Source of the DNA: a virus
Direction: 5' to 3' (one strand)
Length of the DNA: 64,000 nucleotides
IMG/VR virus record: IMGVR_UViG_3300017759_003727
Location: 12,074 to 76,073 of that record
Part shown: in pieces, positions 18,989-28,479 of the stretch
Position numbering within the stretch: the stretch's first letter is position 1
Layout: each line of letters begins with the position of its first letter
Made by a program: the position numbers and the translations under genes
Notes under the pieces: generated by a model
The model's input: only the letters and a program-made list of their open reading frames with translations
What the model was told of the DNA's origin: nothing
The model's database searches: none

Positions 18989-20667
18989 AATTTAAATTGT
19001 AATCTATCTTTCCCGTTGTGGTGATAATTGTGTTCTTTTTGTGTCCCAATATGGGGCAAAAAAGCTATATCAAAAAAACCTTTGTGACTACCTCTGCCTT
19101 CCAAAAAATGCAAGTTATCTATTTCTGAGGAAAAGGGTAAAACTTTATGCACTGCTGGATGATCCTCTAAATAAGAAAAATACTGAGGCATTGTAAATGT
19201 ATAAATATCATATTCTGGATATAATTCTTTCAAGTTGTCTAAAAGGCTATTTAAGAGTAGCACATCTCCAGCAGACTGTGGCAGTACGATAGCTATCCTT
19301 TTACCCTCATCTAACAAGTCTTCAAATTTAATTTTACCTTTATTAGATTCTTCTTCCCAATTAAAATCATAGTCTATATCTGGCATATTATCTATAATTG
19401 ATTCTAGCTTTTTGCCCACAGCTTCTATGGAATAATTTTTAATTGTAAAATCTCTGCCCTTACGACCAATTTCTAATCTTTTGCTAGGTTTCATTTGCCA
19501 AACTTTTTTCAATTGTTTTGCAATACTAGAAGCGTATGTAGAAGCTTTAATAAACTGAGTTCCTGGTTCTCTATACTCAGCCCAATCAAGAGGCATGCCA
19601 CCGCTTTCTGACGTACAAGAATCCTCGCCACAAGAATAACTAGTAACCAATGTTATTAATTCTGTTAGTTTAGCTTCAAAAATTGGAATTTCCATACCGC
19701 CACTTGTAAAAGGATGGCAGTACACATCTAGTAAATTATATATTTCGTTTAATTGTTCTTCATCAACCCCTGCACCTACATTAGTTGTATTTACTGATTT
19801 CTCAGAGCCACAGTATTTGCAATTTTGCTCTTGACCACAAAAAGGTTTTATCTCATACTCTCCGCAAGATTTACAAAAGTAAGTTGTAAGAATATCTTGT
19901 GGATCAATATTTTTTTCTTTTAAAAGCCTAGGAATATCCCAACCTTCAGACCAATGAGTATGTAAAAGAAGTTTTGCTTTAGCACAATCTTTTTTAAATA
20001 TCTTAAATCCATCCAACATATTTGGCACACTTTTTCTTAGTTGATTTCTGAAAACAAATCCAATAATGAATTCATCAGTGAGGCCAAACTTTTGTCTTAA
20101 ATTTTTTCTTTCTGTATTTGAAAGTCTATGAAAATCATCCGTGTTTACAGTTCCATGCAATGTACCAACATGTTCTTCACCCATGTTTTTTAAATCTCTT
20201 TCAGCAAAGGAAGACCATACATAAAAGTTTTTTGTTTTAGGTGCGGCCTCTAATGCTTGAGGTAAAATTGGTTGGCTGTCTAAAGTAGTCCAAATCATAT
20301 GATTTATTTTATTCCACCAAGGCTTGTCCCAAAATTTATCGAAAGCCCAAATATCTTCTACTCCAATATAAACATCTGGTTTGTATTCTTTGATTGCTGA
20401 GTCAATCATCATGCCTCCGTATCCAGCAACTCTTCCTTTATGTGGGTCAGAATTAGCTTGTTGAATTAAAGCTGGGTTATTTGGTAAAGAACCTTGGCAA
20501 ATCCAAGGTTTTGTTTTAACTGATGGGTGACCCCATTGAGAGCCATTACAAAACTCAACAATTTTATACTTGCCAGTTTTTTGCAAGTATTTTAAAATGT
20601 TTTTACAATTTTTACCAAAACCAGTAAAAGCTTTGGAGTTATTAGAGTGGAATAAAACTGTTTTCAT
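18985..20667 (-). CDS. GT4 (GT-B) glycosyltransferase with Cys4 insertion, fused to a C-terminal GT9 N-domain
   Basis: GFVFRNQLRKSVP...YNLLDVYCHPFTSGGMEIPIFEAK; CKSC...CKYC; C-terminal RIAIVLPQSAGDVLLLNSLLDNLKELYPEYDI...HPAVHKV. Confidence 0.8.
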   Translation of the reverse strand: MKTVLFHSNNSKAFTGFGKNCKNILKYLQKTGKYKIVEFCNGSQWGHPSVKTKPWICQGSLPNNPALIQQANSDPHKGRVAGYGGMMIDSAIKEYKPDVYIGVEDIWAFDKFWDKPWWNKINHMIWTTLDSQPILPQALEAAPKTKNFYVWSSFAERDLKNMGEEHVGTLHGTVNTDDFHRLSNTERKNLRQKFGLTDEFIIGFVFRNQLRKSVPNMLDGFKIFKKDCAKAKLLLHTHWSEGWDIPRLLKEKNIDPQDILTTYFCKSCGEYEIKPFCGQEQNCKYCGSEKSVNTTNVGAGVDEEQLNEIYNLLDVYCHPFTSGGMEIPIFEAKLTELITLVTSYSCGEDSCTSESGGMPLDWAEYREPGTQFIKASTYASSIAKQLKKVWQMKPSKRLEIGRKGRDFTIKNYSIEAVGKKLESIIDNMPDIDYDFNWEEESNKGKIKFEDLLDEGKRIAIVLPQSAGDVLLLNSLLDNLKELYPEYDIYTFTMPQYFSYLEDHPAVHKVLPFSSEIDNLHFLEGRGSHKGFFDIAFLPHIGTQKEHNYHHNGKDRLQFKL

Positions 20668-21125
20668 TAAAACTCAAACAACTTTCTTAGGTACATTTCT
20701 AATAAAACTTTTAAAGCTCTCGCTTCGCCAAGCTCGATGCCAATGCCAAATTTTAAAGTAGAGTTTTTAATTACTCCAAGAGAAAAAGCTTTTGTGCCAT
20801 TAGTTTTTTCGTAAGGCTTAAATGAAATGGTTGTTTTGTCTTCGTTATATGTGTGAAAAGCTGAAAATTCTGTATATCTTTCAATTGAATTTATGATAGC
20901 TCCTACTTCATTCTCATTGATTTTGCAGTAAATGTTTTTTTCTGGATTTTTAGCATTATCACTAAATGATCCTGTTCTTTTTTGAGCATTCCATCCTGCT
21001 TGCTTAATAGATTGAATTAAGAATGTAGGTTTAACTGAATTACCTTCTTTGTCTTGATCGATTATCTTGAAAGAGAAAGCACATCCAGTGTTTTTTGAAT
21101 TAGGTTTGTAAAGATTATATTGCAT
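20667..21125 (-). CDS. Hypothetical protein, possible PC4/Whirly-like ssDNA-binding fold
   Basis: Two beta4-alpha repeats ending ...CKINENEVGAII and ...GIELGEARALKVLLE; TATAAT 8 nt upstream of the ATG. Confidence 0.4.
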   Translation of the reverse strand: MQYNLYKPNSKNTGCAFSFKIIDQDKEGNSVKPTFLIQSIKQAGWNAQKRTGSFSDNAKNPEKNIYCKINENEVGAIINSIERYTEFSAFHTYNEDKTTISFKPYEKTNGTKAFSLGVIKNSTLKFGIGIELGEARALKVLLEMYLRKLFEF

Positions 21126-21162
21126 ATTGGATGATTATAAGATAAAAAGTGTAAAATTCTAT

Positions 21163-21798
21163 ATGCCAAGGAATATTAATTTACCCAAAACTAGGGTTTT
21201 TATAAGGAAAGATATGTGGGGTGGTTCTGAGAAAGAATTTGAACCAGCATGGTTAGTTTCAGTTAGGGCATTAAGAGGTAGACCTTTTTGTTTTCAAGTA
21301 TGGGTTGATGGCTTTTGCGCTTGTTACGATAAGGTTAGATTAGACTGCTTATACTGGAAAACACCAGAAAAAGATCACGAAAAACTAGATTTAGTTGACG
21401 TGCAAATGTGGGAATGTTTATCAAATGATATAGAATTATTTCACAAAGCACAATTAGCAGACGTTCCTATGTTGGTCAACATGGGAGATGGTGATTTTCA
21501 AGAAGGGAATTACTGGTTTACTATAGACTGCATACCAGAAAAACAATCTTTGGGGTACTTAGATGTTGGCGATTCTGATTTGCTTGATGAACACAAAGAA
21601 ATGAATGTAATTAAGTTGAAGAATGGTCAAGTAGCTATTTATCCAAATAATAGATTAAAATGGATTCCAGAATCATTGAGTAGTATTGAAGCTATCAAAA
21701 ATATCCCGAAATGGGAAGTTGCAGAAAACGCAATATGGGATAAAGAATGGTTGGAGCAACCTTATGAATTATTTGGAGATTCAGATTGGAGCTATTAA
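21163..21798 (+). CDS. Conserved phage hypothetical protein
   Basis: NINLPKTRVFIRKD...AWLVSVRALRGRPFCFQV...QVAIYPNNRLKW resembles a family of T4-like aquatic phages; start reassigned to 21163 (GTGTAA 8 nt upstream). Confidence 0.7.
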   Translation: MPRNINLPKTRVFIRKDMWGGSEKEFEPAWLVSVRALRGRPFCFQVWVDGFCACYDKVRLDCLYWKTPEKDHEKLDLVDVQMWECLSNDIELFHKAQLADVPMLVNMGDGDFQEGNYWFTIDCIPEKQSLGYLDVGDSDLLDEHKEMNVIKLKNGQVAIYPNNRLKWIPESLSSIEAIKNIPKWEVAENAIWDKEWLEQPYELFGDSDWSY

Positions 21799-22937
21799 GC
21801 CTCTTCTATTTCTTCATATTGTCGTTCCTTTTCAACATAATTTGGGAACATATACATAAACATCTGCTGAAAAGATTCAGTATGTTCTGGATGCATTTCT
21901 AACAGAAATGGCTTTACTTGTTTGTATATTTCGTAATTTTGATAAAATTTTTCTAAATCCGAAAGCCCCTCTGTTGCAATTAAAAACAAATGCCTACTAA
22001 TTAAATCATTGGCTATAATTAGTGCGTTTACTTTTTCTTTTTCAAAATACTTAGCTATAAAAGTTTTTTCATTAAAAGAAGAAACAATGTCAGAAGATTT
22101 AAAATATTTTTTTAAAAAATTTATTAAATAGTTTTTTGCGTAATTAAAATTAAGATTATATGCCGTTTTTTGTAAACTAGTAAATAAATCCAAGCAATAA
22201 GAATTTTCAAAGTTAATAATTTTTATCATATCGTCTCTATATAGAATAGAAGATTTTTTAATATCAAAATGACTAAAAACATTAGTGCTTACTGTATAGT
22301 TCTGATCTATAAATTCTTTGTTTTTCTTAAGTATATTCTCTATATCAAAAGCGCTAAATCCAAAATATGTAACCATATTCGATTCAATATCAATATCTTC
22401 TTCGATAAAGCCAACAACTGATGCATGAATATCATGCATATCTGATAAAGTTGGCAAATTATCAACACTTGATTCATGTATTGTATCTAAGGTATTACAA
22501 AAAGTGCCTAGGTTATAATTTAAATCATCACTATCAAAATCTTCAAAAGAATAACCATTTTCAAATGTTGTACAAAGATAATGAGGTAATTCTCCTGTGT
22601 TTGATGATATAACTGTTGGGGAAACCAATGAAAGACCACTAACTCCTGTTGGCAAATTGCTTATTGCAATTTTTTCCATTCCAATGCTATCGGTACCAGT
22701 AATATAGCTAATTTTGATCATTTTTCTGCTATTTTCAAAATCTAAAGCGAAGGTATCATAAAAAAAGCTTTGATGAACTTGTTTCATATTTAATATTTCA
22801 CCAAAACCACTTATTAAAGGATCTTCTGTATGTATTGTTTGAAGAAGTCCAGATTCTATAGAATCAACAGCCACAAAGTCTTTTTTCACTCCTGCTGATA
22901 TTAGAGGCGAGTTGTACGCAATTTCCTTAAAGTCCAT
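21795..22937 (-). CDS. Hypothetical late protein, possibly virion-associated
   Basis: GTGTAA 8 nt upstream; six S/T-G dipeptides in the first ~120 aa. Confidence 0.6.
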   Translation of the reverse strand: MDFKEIAYNSPLISAGVKKDFVAVDSIESGLLQTIHTEDPLISGFGEILNMKQVHQSFFYDTFALDFENSRKMIKISYITGTDSIGMEKIAISNLPTGVSGLSLVSPTVISSNTGELPHYLCTTFENGYSFEDFDSDDLNYNLGTFCNTLDTIHESSVDNLPTLSDMHDIHASVVGFIEEDIDIESNMVTYFGFSAFDIENILKKNKEFIDQNYTVSTNVFSHFDIKKSSILYRDDMIKIINFENSYCLDLFTSLQKTAYNLNFNYAKNYLINFLKKYFKSSDIVSSFNEKTFIAKYFEKEKVNALIIANDLISRHLFLIATEGLSDLEKFYQNYEIYKQVKPFLLEMHPEHTESFQQMFMYMFPNYVEKERQYEEIEEA

Positions 22938-22950
22938 AGAATATATTACA

Positions 22951-22977
22951 CAAAAAAGGCGGTATTTCTACCGCCTT
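22951..22977 (-). terminator. Rho-independent terminator
   Basis: Minus strand AAGGCGGTA-GAAA-TACCGCCTT then TTTT; 9-bp stem, GNRA loop. Confidence 0.85.
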
Positions 22978-22982
22978 GATAT

Positions 22983-23192
22983 TTAGATACGAATTTCACC
23001 CATATTCAAACCAGAAAGACTGGTTTTAGCAAATTTTCGTTGCTGTTGGGCGTTTCGATCATGGATAACCACATAATTGGGAGTCTCCTTAACGAATTGA
23101 GCATTATAGCTGTTTCCGCTTTTGGTCCGAAGGCCGAAGAATCGACCCCCGCTTTTTTTCATTGTATTTACTATACGGTTTACTTTTCTCAT
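22983..23192 (-). CDS. Small basic hypothetical protein
   Basis: 69 aa, downstream of the Clp gene and followed by a terminator. Confidence 0.7.
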   Translation of the reverse strand: MRKVNRIVNTMKKSGGRFFGLRTKSGNSYNAQFVKETPNYVVIHDRNAQQQRKFAKTSLSGLNMGEIRI

Positions 23193-23194
23193 AA

Positions 23195-24571
23195 TTAAAA
23201 TCCTATTTTTCCAGGGATGTGTATATCTTTGCTTTTGATCTTTTCTATTGTTGTGTTGAATTTAGATGCAAATATATCATATATAATCGATTTGTCAATA
23301 CTTAAAGCTGATTTGTTTTCATCATTTTCCATTTTCCCTTTAACTCCAGCTTCATCAATTATATCAAAAGCTTTGTCTGGAAACTTTTTGTCAGTTTGGA
23401 ATTCAGAGCATAGGTCTACTATAATTTTTAAAATTTCTTTTTTAAATTTTACATTGTGAAATTTTTCATAAGACACTTTAGCTTTCTGTAAAAGCTCTAA
23501 TGTTTGTTCTTTTGTTGGTTCTAGTATTTCTATTTTCTCAAAACGGCGATTTAAAGCAGAATCTCCTTTAAAGTATTTGTTGTATTCATCGTTTGTTGTA
23601 GCTCCTATACAGGAAACATCTCCACGAGAAAGGGCAGGCTTAAGTATATTTGCTAAATCCAAGCTACCTTCAGAACTGCCTGCTCCAATGATGGTATGAA
23701 TCTCATCAATAAAGAGAATACAATGCTCGTCTTCAGAAGCTGTTTCAATAATAGCTTTAACTTTTTCCTCCATCTGACCTCTGTACATTGTGCCAGCTAA
23801 TAGGGAAGTCATATCTAAGGAATAAACTTTTTTATTTTTCAATGACTTTGGACATTTTGACTGCAAAATTCTTTCTACAAGACCCTCAACAATCGCTGTT
23901 TTACCAACTCCAGCTTCTCCAACTAAAACGACATTTGATTTATTCTTTTTTAACAAGATTTCAAAGGCTCTTTGAGTTTCTGAATCTCTGCCAAAAATTT
24001 CAAAAGTGCCTCTATCTTTTATTCTTTCATTTATGTTTTCGCAGGACTCTTCCAAGGTCTTAGATATTGATTTTTTATTAGATATTGATTGAGCTGGTTG
24101 AGTAGGAATTGGCTCTATAAAAGAAACTCCTTCTTTCATTGACAATGAAAGCATTGCAATAAATGCAGCTAAATCAACTCCAAGAGCAGATATAAAAGTT
24201 GATATCTCATCTCTAGTTTCGAGTATAGATAAAAGGATATGATCTATACCAATATACTCATCCTTACTTTTTTTAGAAATTTTTTGAGCATAATCTAAAA
24301 TTTCATAAATTTCTGGAGCAAAGATTCTATGTTTTCTTTTGGGCTCTGTGTATTCAGAGATAATCAAATCCATGGCTTTACAGAAGCCCTCTTTGATTAA
24401 TGCACTTGAATCAAAACAATAATCAATTGTTTTGTGTTCTACTTGTAGAATCGCCCAAAGTAGATGGAAGTCTACGACTTTTAATTGACGGCTATCGTCC
24501 GCTTTTTTTCTAGCTTTTTTTAAAGCGTTTTTCGCTGATGGTGTTAGGTTATATTTTTTAAAATTGCTCAT
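23195..24571 (-). CDS. ClpA/ClpB-like Hsp100 ATPase, N-domain plus D1 only, C-terminal KIGF
   Basis: Clp-N repeats; GEAGVGKT Walker A; LFIDEIH Walker B; ALNRRF arginine finger; FPDKAFDIIDEA; ends ...HIPGKIGF with no D2. Confidence 0.88.
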   Translation of the reverse strand: MSNFKKYNLTPSAKNALKKARKKADDSRQLKVVDFHLLWAILQVEHKTIDYCFDSSALIKEGFCKAMDLIISEYTEPKRKHRIFAPEIYEILDYAQKISKKSKDEYIGIDHILLSILETRDEISTFISALGVDLAAFIAMLSLSMKEGVSFIEPIPTQPAQSISNKKSISKTLEESCENINERIKDRGTFEIFGRDSETQRAFEILLKKNKSNVVLVGEAGVGKTAIVEGLVERILQSKCPKSLKNKKVYSLDMTSLLAGTMYRGQMEEKVKAIIETASEDEHCILFIDEIHTIIGAGSSEGSLDLANILKPALSRGDVSCIGATTNDEYNKYFKGDSALNRRFEKIEILEPTKEQTLELLQKAKVSYEKFHNVKFKKEILKIIVDLCSEFQTDKKFPDKAFDIIDEAGVKGKMENDENKSALSIDKSIIYDIFASKFNTTIEKIKSKDIHIPGKIGF

Positions 24572-27144
24572 TTAATTTCTGATAATCTTGTGTAAATTTT
24601 TTCGTCAAGAATTGTAATTTTATCACCAAAGATTATGTCTTCACCTTTAGCTCCGTAAACAAAGACAATTTGTTCTTCTTTGGGTTTTTTGCCTCCATTG
24701 TTTAAATACTCTGAAAGAGTCGCTGATCTACGATTATCCATAAGCATAAAATTAACCGTGCCGTAATCATCTTGTATTTCAATTCTCATGTATTTATTGC
24801 CAGCACGACTTGTTCTAGATACACAGTCTTTAACTACTCCTACGAATTTAACTTTGTCATTTTGTGGTATTGATTTTAATTCTAAACTGTCAACTAGATT
24901 GTCTGTGTCTTGAAACACATCTTTGATATCGCTAGAATGACTATACCCTAAATATTTTCTTTCAAAGAACCAGTTGGCAAAAACTAAATGATTTTTATTT
25001 TTGTCATAAATAGATTTGTATCCGTCATACTTTTTCTTAAAAGTTTGGAATCTAGATTCCTTCATTAAAGGCTTCCCGTCATCAGCAGGTAAAGACTCTT
25101 TTTTAACATAAGCGATAGAATTTAAAATATCATAATTAAACTTCTCACCTAATGCTATAAAGTTGCGTTTTTCTCTTTCTGTAAGAATGTTGAATGCTTG
25201 AGCTTCTAAAACTAATCGACAGCGATTTGGTATTCTGTTTTGTGAATCACAAAATGTATCAACCATTCCACCTTGAATCAAACCAGACAAAACGCCAATG
25301 TTGATCCCAGACTGTTTAGCTGATATAAAGATGTCGTATTTGGTTTGCTCAATCAATTCTGATTTTCTAAAATCTACTACATTCTCTAATGTTTTTTCAG
25401 AAACACCTTTGATACTATTGATGCCGTAACGGATGTTTTTACCTTCGATTGAAAACTCTACATCTGATTTTGAGAGGTCGGGTGGCAAAAGCTTCATATC
25501 AAAAAGACATAACTCTTGATTTATTAGAGCAATTTCTGAGTGAGAATCTGGCTCATGCTTAGTCATCTTTAATAAACTTAAAAAGAACTCTTTAGGGTGA
25601 TTAAATTTAAGGTAAGTCGTAATTGCAGCTAGTGTGGCATAACTAATTGAGTGCGACTTATTAAATGAATAGTTGGCTGAATCTTCAGCGACCTTCCAAA
25701 GAACATCTCCGACTTGTTTACTTAAATTATTTTCTTCAATCTTTTTCTCAATCTTAGCTTTCCATATAGGCATTTGATCTACTTTTTTCTTACCGACAAT
25801 ACGCCTAAGTTGTTCCGCTTCATCAAGAGTGAAACCAACCTTAACAGCCATTTTCATTAACTGTTCTTGATAGAGAGGGATACCGCCAGTATAACTGAGG
25901 ATATCATCATAATACTCATTAACGGACTGAAAGACACTAGTTTTAATATAAGATGCATAGGTATCCAGATAATCCAAAGCTCCAGGCCTAGCAATAGCCA
26001 CAACAGAAGAAAGCTCGTCCAGATTTCTTGGAGAGACTTTTTTGCAGACTTTAAAATTTGTGTCCGCTTCAATTTGGAAGAGACCTTTCGGTGCCTCAAT
26101 GAATTTGAAGTTTTCATATATGCTTGGTGATTCAACATCTATATCATTCATATCCAAACCTAACTGTTGGCAAGTATCATGCACAACAGAAAGTGTTCTT
26201 AGACCTAAGATGTCAAATTTTACCATCAACGAAGCGACGTCATTCATATCATAACCCGATACATAATTTCCGTCATTTGTTTTTTGCATTGGCATAACCT
26301 CTTCAATATTGTAGAAGCTAATAGCAATGCCCGATGGGTGAACGCCAGTGTTCTTATTTAATCCTTCTAGTTTTCTGGCAATTTCAAAAATCCTTGGATT
26401 GTCGTCACAAAACTTTTTTAGTTTTTCGCTTTCGTCATAAGCTTTATCAAGCTTAAACACCTTTCCGAACTGTTTAGGTATTGAGGCGCTAATATCATTA
26501 ACTTCTTCCTCTGACATTGAACCGACAATTTTACCGCACTCTTTTACACATAATTTACTACTTAATGTATTTAAAGTTAAAATTTTACAAGTTCTACCTT
26601 TATGCTGATCCTCAATATATTTAATAACTTCTTGTCTACGATCATAGCTAATATCGTTATCGACATCAGCAAGTAATGAACCATCTAGGTATGTAATACC
26701 GTCAACAATAGTTTTCTTAGCACGACTTTTGGATACGAATCTCTCAAAGAATAAATCATATTTAATTGGATCGATATTGGTGACTTTAAGTAAATAAAGA
26801 ACTAAAGAGCCAGCAGCCGAACCACGACCTGGGCCAGTAGGTATTTCGTTTTCATGGCAATAATTAAGAATATCCCAATTTAAAAGAATATAGTCAATAA
26901 ACCCCAGTTCTTTCAAAATAGAAAGCTCCATTTTGACTCGATCGTAATATTCTTTTTTATTTTCTAATTTATCAATACCTCTTTGCTCGACGCCACGAAG
27001 GCATAATGCCCTCAGAAGGTCGAAGTTGGAAGATTGAGGGTCGAGGTCTAATTCAGAATAAACTCGTCTTTTAACCTCAATTTCGGGCAATCTAACACCA
27101 ACAGGCATTGGTTGTTTAAATGATTCTAAATTTCTAATTCCCAT
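24568..27144 (-). CDS. dnaE: DNA polymerase III alpha subunit core (no PHP domain)
   Basis: GPGRGSAAGSLV; LADVDND catalytic DxD; GVHPSGI; VKFDILGLRTL; LYQEQLM; YSFNKSHSISY; C-terminal OB fold. Confidence 0.95.
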   Translation of the reverse strand: MGIRNLESFKQPMPVGVRLPEIEVKRRVYSELDLDPQSSNFDLLRALCLRGVEQRGIDKLENKKEYYDRVKMELSILKELGFIDYILLNWDILNYCHENEIPTGPGRGSAAGSLVLYLLKVTNIDPIKYDLFFERFVSKSRAKKTIVDGITYLDGSLLADVDNDISYDRRQEVIKYIEDQHKGRTCKILTLNTLSSKLCVKECGKIVGSMSEEEVNDISASIPKQFGKVFKLDKAYDESEKLKKFCDDNPRIFEIARKLEGLNKNTGVHPSGIAISFYNIEEVMPMQKTNDGNYVSGYDMNDVASLMVKFDILGLRTLSVVHDTCQQLGLDMNDIDVESPSIYENFKFIEAPKGLFQIEADTNFKVCKKVSPRNLDELSSVVAIARPGALDYLDTYASYIKTSVFQSVNEYYDDILSYTGGIPLYQEQLMKMAVKVGFTLDEAEQLRRIVGKKKVDQMPIWKAKIEKKIEENNLSKQVGDVLWKVAEDSANYSFNKSHSISYATLAAITTYLKFNHPKEFFLSLLKMTKHEPDSHSEIALINQELCLFDMKLLPPDLSKSDVEFSIEGKNIRYGINSIKGVSEKTLENVVDFRKSELIEQTKYDIFISAKQSGINIGVLSGLIQGGMVDTFCDSQNRIPNRCRLVLEAQAFNILTEREKRNFIALGEKFNYDILNSIAYVKKESLPADDGKPLMKESRFQTFKKKYDGYKSIYDKNKNHLVFANWFFERKYLGYSHSSDIKDVFQDTDNLVDSLELKSIPQNDKVKFVGVVKDCVSRTSRAGNKYMRIEIQDDYGTVNFMLMDNRRSATLSEYLNNGGKKPKEEQIVFVYGAKGEDIIFGDKITILDEKIYTRLSEIK

Positions 27145-27761
27145 AATTGTTTTTGAAATATTTCAAAGTTCTTTTCTATATCGTATAAAGCATCATGCAG
27201 TTTCTTTTCATCAAAGTCAATATTATAATGCTCTAATAAATATTTTTGATTAGTTTTTAATCCTCGCTCTCTGTAATTTAAATATTTTAACTGCCAAGCA
27301 ATCAAATCTTCTTTATCTGGATTTTTATTGCCTTTAGCAATTGCCATAGCCATAGCTTTTGTATCAAAGCAACGATTGATGTAATTTTCATGGCTTATTT
27401 TTATGCCTATTTTTTTAAGCCAAACATTTAATATATAAATGTCATAACCAAGAATATTTTGACCAACTATGATAGTATCATCATCATAAAGAACTTTTTC
27501 AAAATCTTTCCAAACATCTGATGGATCTTCGGCAACTGATTCATAATGCTCACGATTAAATCCAGTGACTCGTGCTGCCTCTGGAGAAACATTTAGATTA
27601 TCCCATTTGATAAAGCGATTATGTTTTTTGATAATTTTATTACCTTCACATTCAATCCAAGCTATCTGCCAAGGCTTAGAGGTAATTAAGTTTAAACCTT
27701 CTGTTTCTGTATCGAATACAACATATTTTTGTTTAAAATTAAATCTTAATAAGTCTTCCAT
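27126..27761 (-). CDS. dnaQ: DEDDh 3'-5' exonuclease (DnaQ-like)
   Basis: VVFDTETEG; VGQNILGYDI; CFDT; LHDALYD. Confidence 0.9.
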   Translation of the reverse strand: MEDLLRFNFKQKYVVFDTETEGLNLITSKPWQIAWIECEGNKIIKKHNRFIKWDNLNVSPEAARVTGFNREHYESVAEDPSDVWKDFEKVLYDDDTIIVGQNILGYDIYILNVWLKKIGIKISHENYINRCFDTKAMAMAIAKGNKNPDKEDLIAWQLKYLNYRERGLKTNQKYLLEHYNIDFDEKKLHDALYDIEKNFEIFQKQLWELEI

Positions 27762-27763
27762 AA

Positions 27764-28441
27764 TTATTTATCCTCCTTCCAAGCTTCCACACAAAAACGA
27801 TTACTACCAAAATGATCTAGTCCTGGATTAGACAAATCAAAACTTCTCCCTGGCCTACGATTACAAATCATTTTGTAGGTTTGAAATGCTTCAACATCCT
27901 CTTTGTTTTCGTAATAAATAGATTTAGCAGTAATAGTGTCATTTTTGTTATTTTGACAATACGATAAAATCTTGTCCTTAATTAGAGAATCAAAAGGAAG
28001 ATTGTTGTCTTCCAATAAGAAATGAATATCAGACGGCAAATCAACAATACAATTAGAAAAGCTTGTTAAATTTTTATGTATAAAAGAATCGTAAAAAGGC
28101 ACAACATACTTTAATTCCTTTGTTGAATCCCAAGGTCTTGTGATTTTTGAATCAAACTGCTGAGTAAACAAAGAATACATTTCTTTGGCGCCTGCATCAC
28201 CGTTAGCGAAAGCAATCATTTTGCTTTCTGATTCTTCGCTGTGATCATTGTTGTATATAGAAAATCTTAAACCAAACCTAAGTTTTGATCCTAGTTTTCT
28301 GAAGGCTTCTGGGAAGCATGTCATTGAATCTTCTACAATAAAAACTTGTTCAAGTTTTTCATTCTCTGAGATTCTTAATATGTCATCAATACGCAGTATG
28401 CTTTTTCCGATTGATGAATGAGTTTTAAATAATGGAATCAT
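27764..28441 (-). CDS. Stand-alone PHP-like domain (DnaE N-terminus)
   Basis: MIPLFKTHSSIGKSIL...VFIVEDSM...KLRFGLRF...MIAFANGDAG parallels the DnaE PHP domain with degenerate metal ligands; next to dnaQ/dnaE. Confidence 0.75.
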   Translation of the reverse strand: MIPLFKTHSSIGKSILRIDDILRISENEKLEQVFIVEDSMTCFPEAFRKLGSKLRFGLRFSIYNNDHSEESESKMIAFANGDAGAKEMYSLFTQQFDSKITRPWDSTKELKYVVPFYDSFIHKNLTSFSNCIVDLPSDIHFLLEDNNLPFDSLIKDKILSYCQNNKNDTITAKSIYYENKEDVEAFQTYKMICNRRPGRSFDLSNPGLDHFGSNRFCVEAWKEDK

Positions 28442-28448
28442 ACACATA

Positions 28449-28476
28449 AATATAGACCGTGTATGAGATTTGTCAA
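28449..28476 (-). promoter_or_regulatory. Sigma70-type promoter TTGACA-N16-TATATT
   Basis: -10 box ends 7 nt before ATG 28441. Confidence 0.7.
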
Positions 28477-28479
28477 GCT

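Noticed and set aside
18975-19000. Possible -1 frameshift fusing the GT4-GT9N gene to the GT9C gene
   Set aside because: The downstream frame has a TAA two codons before its ATG and no in-frame slippery heptamer; translational coupling is simpler
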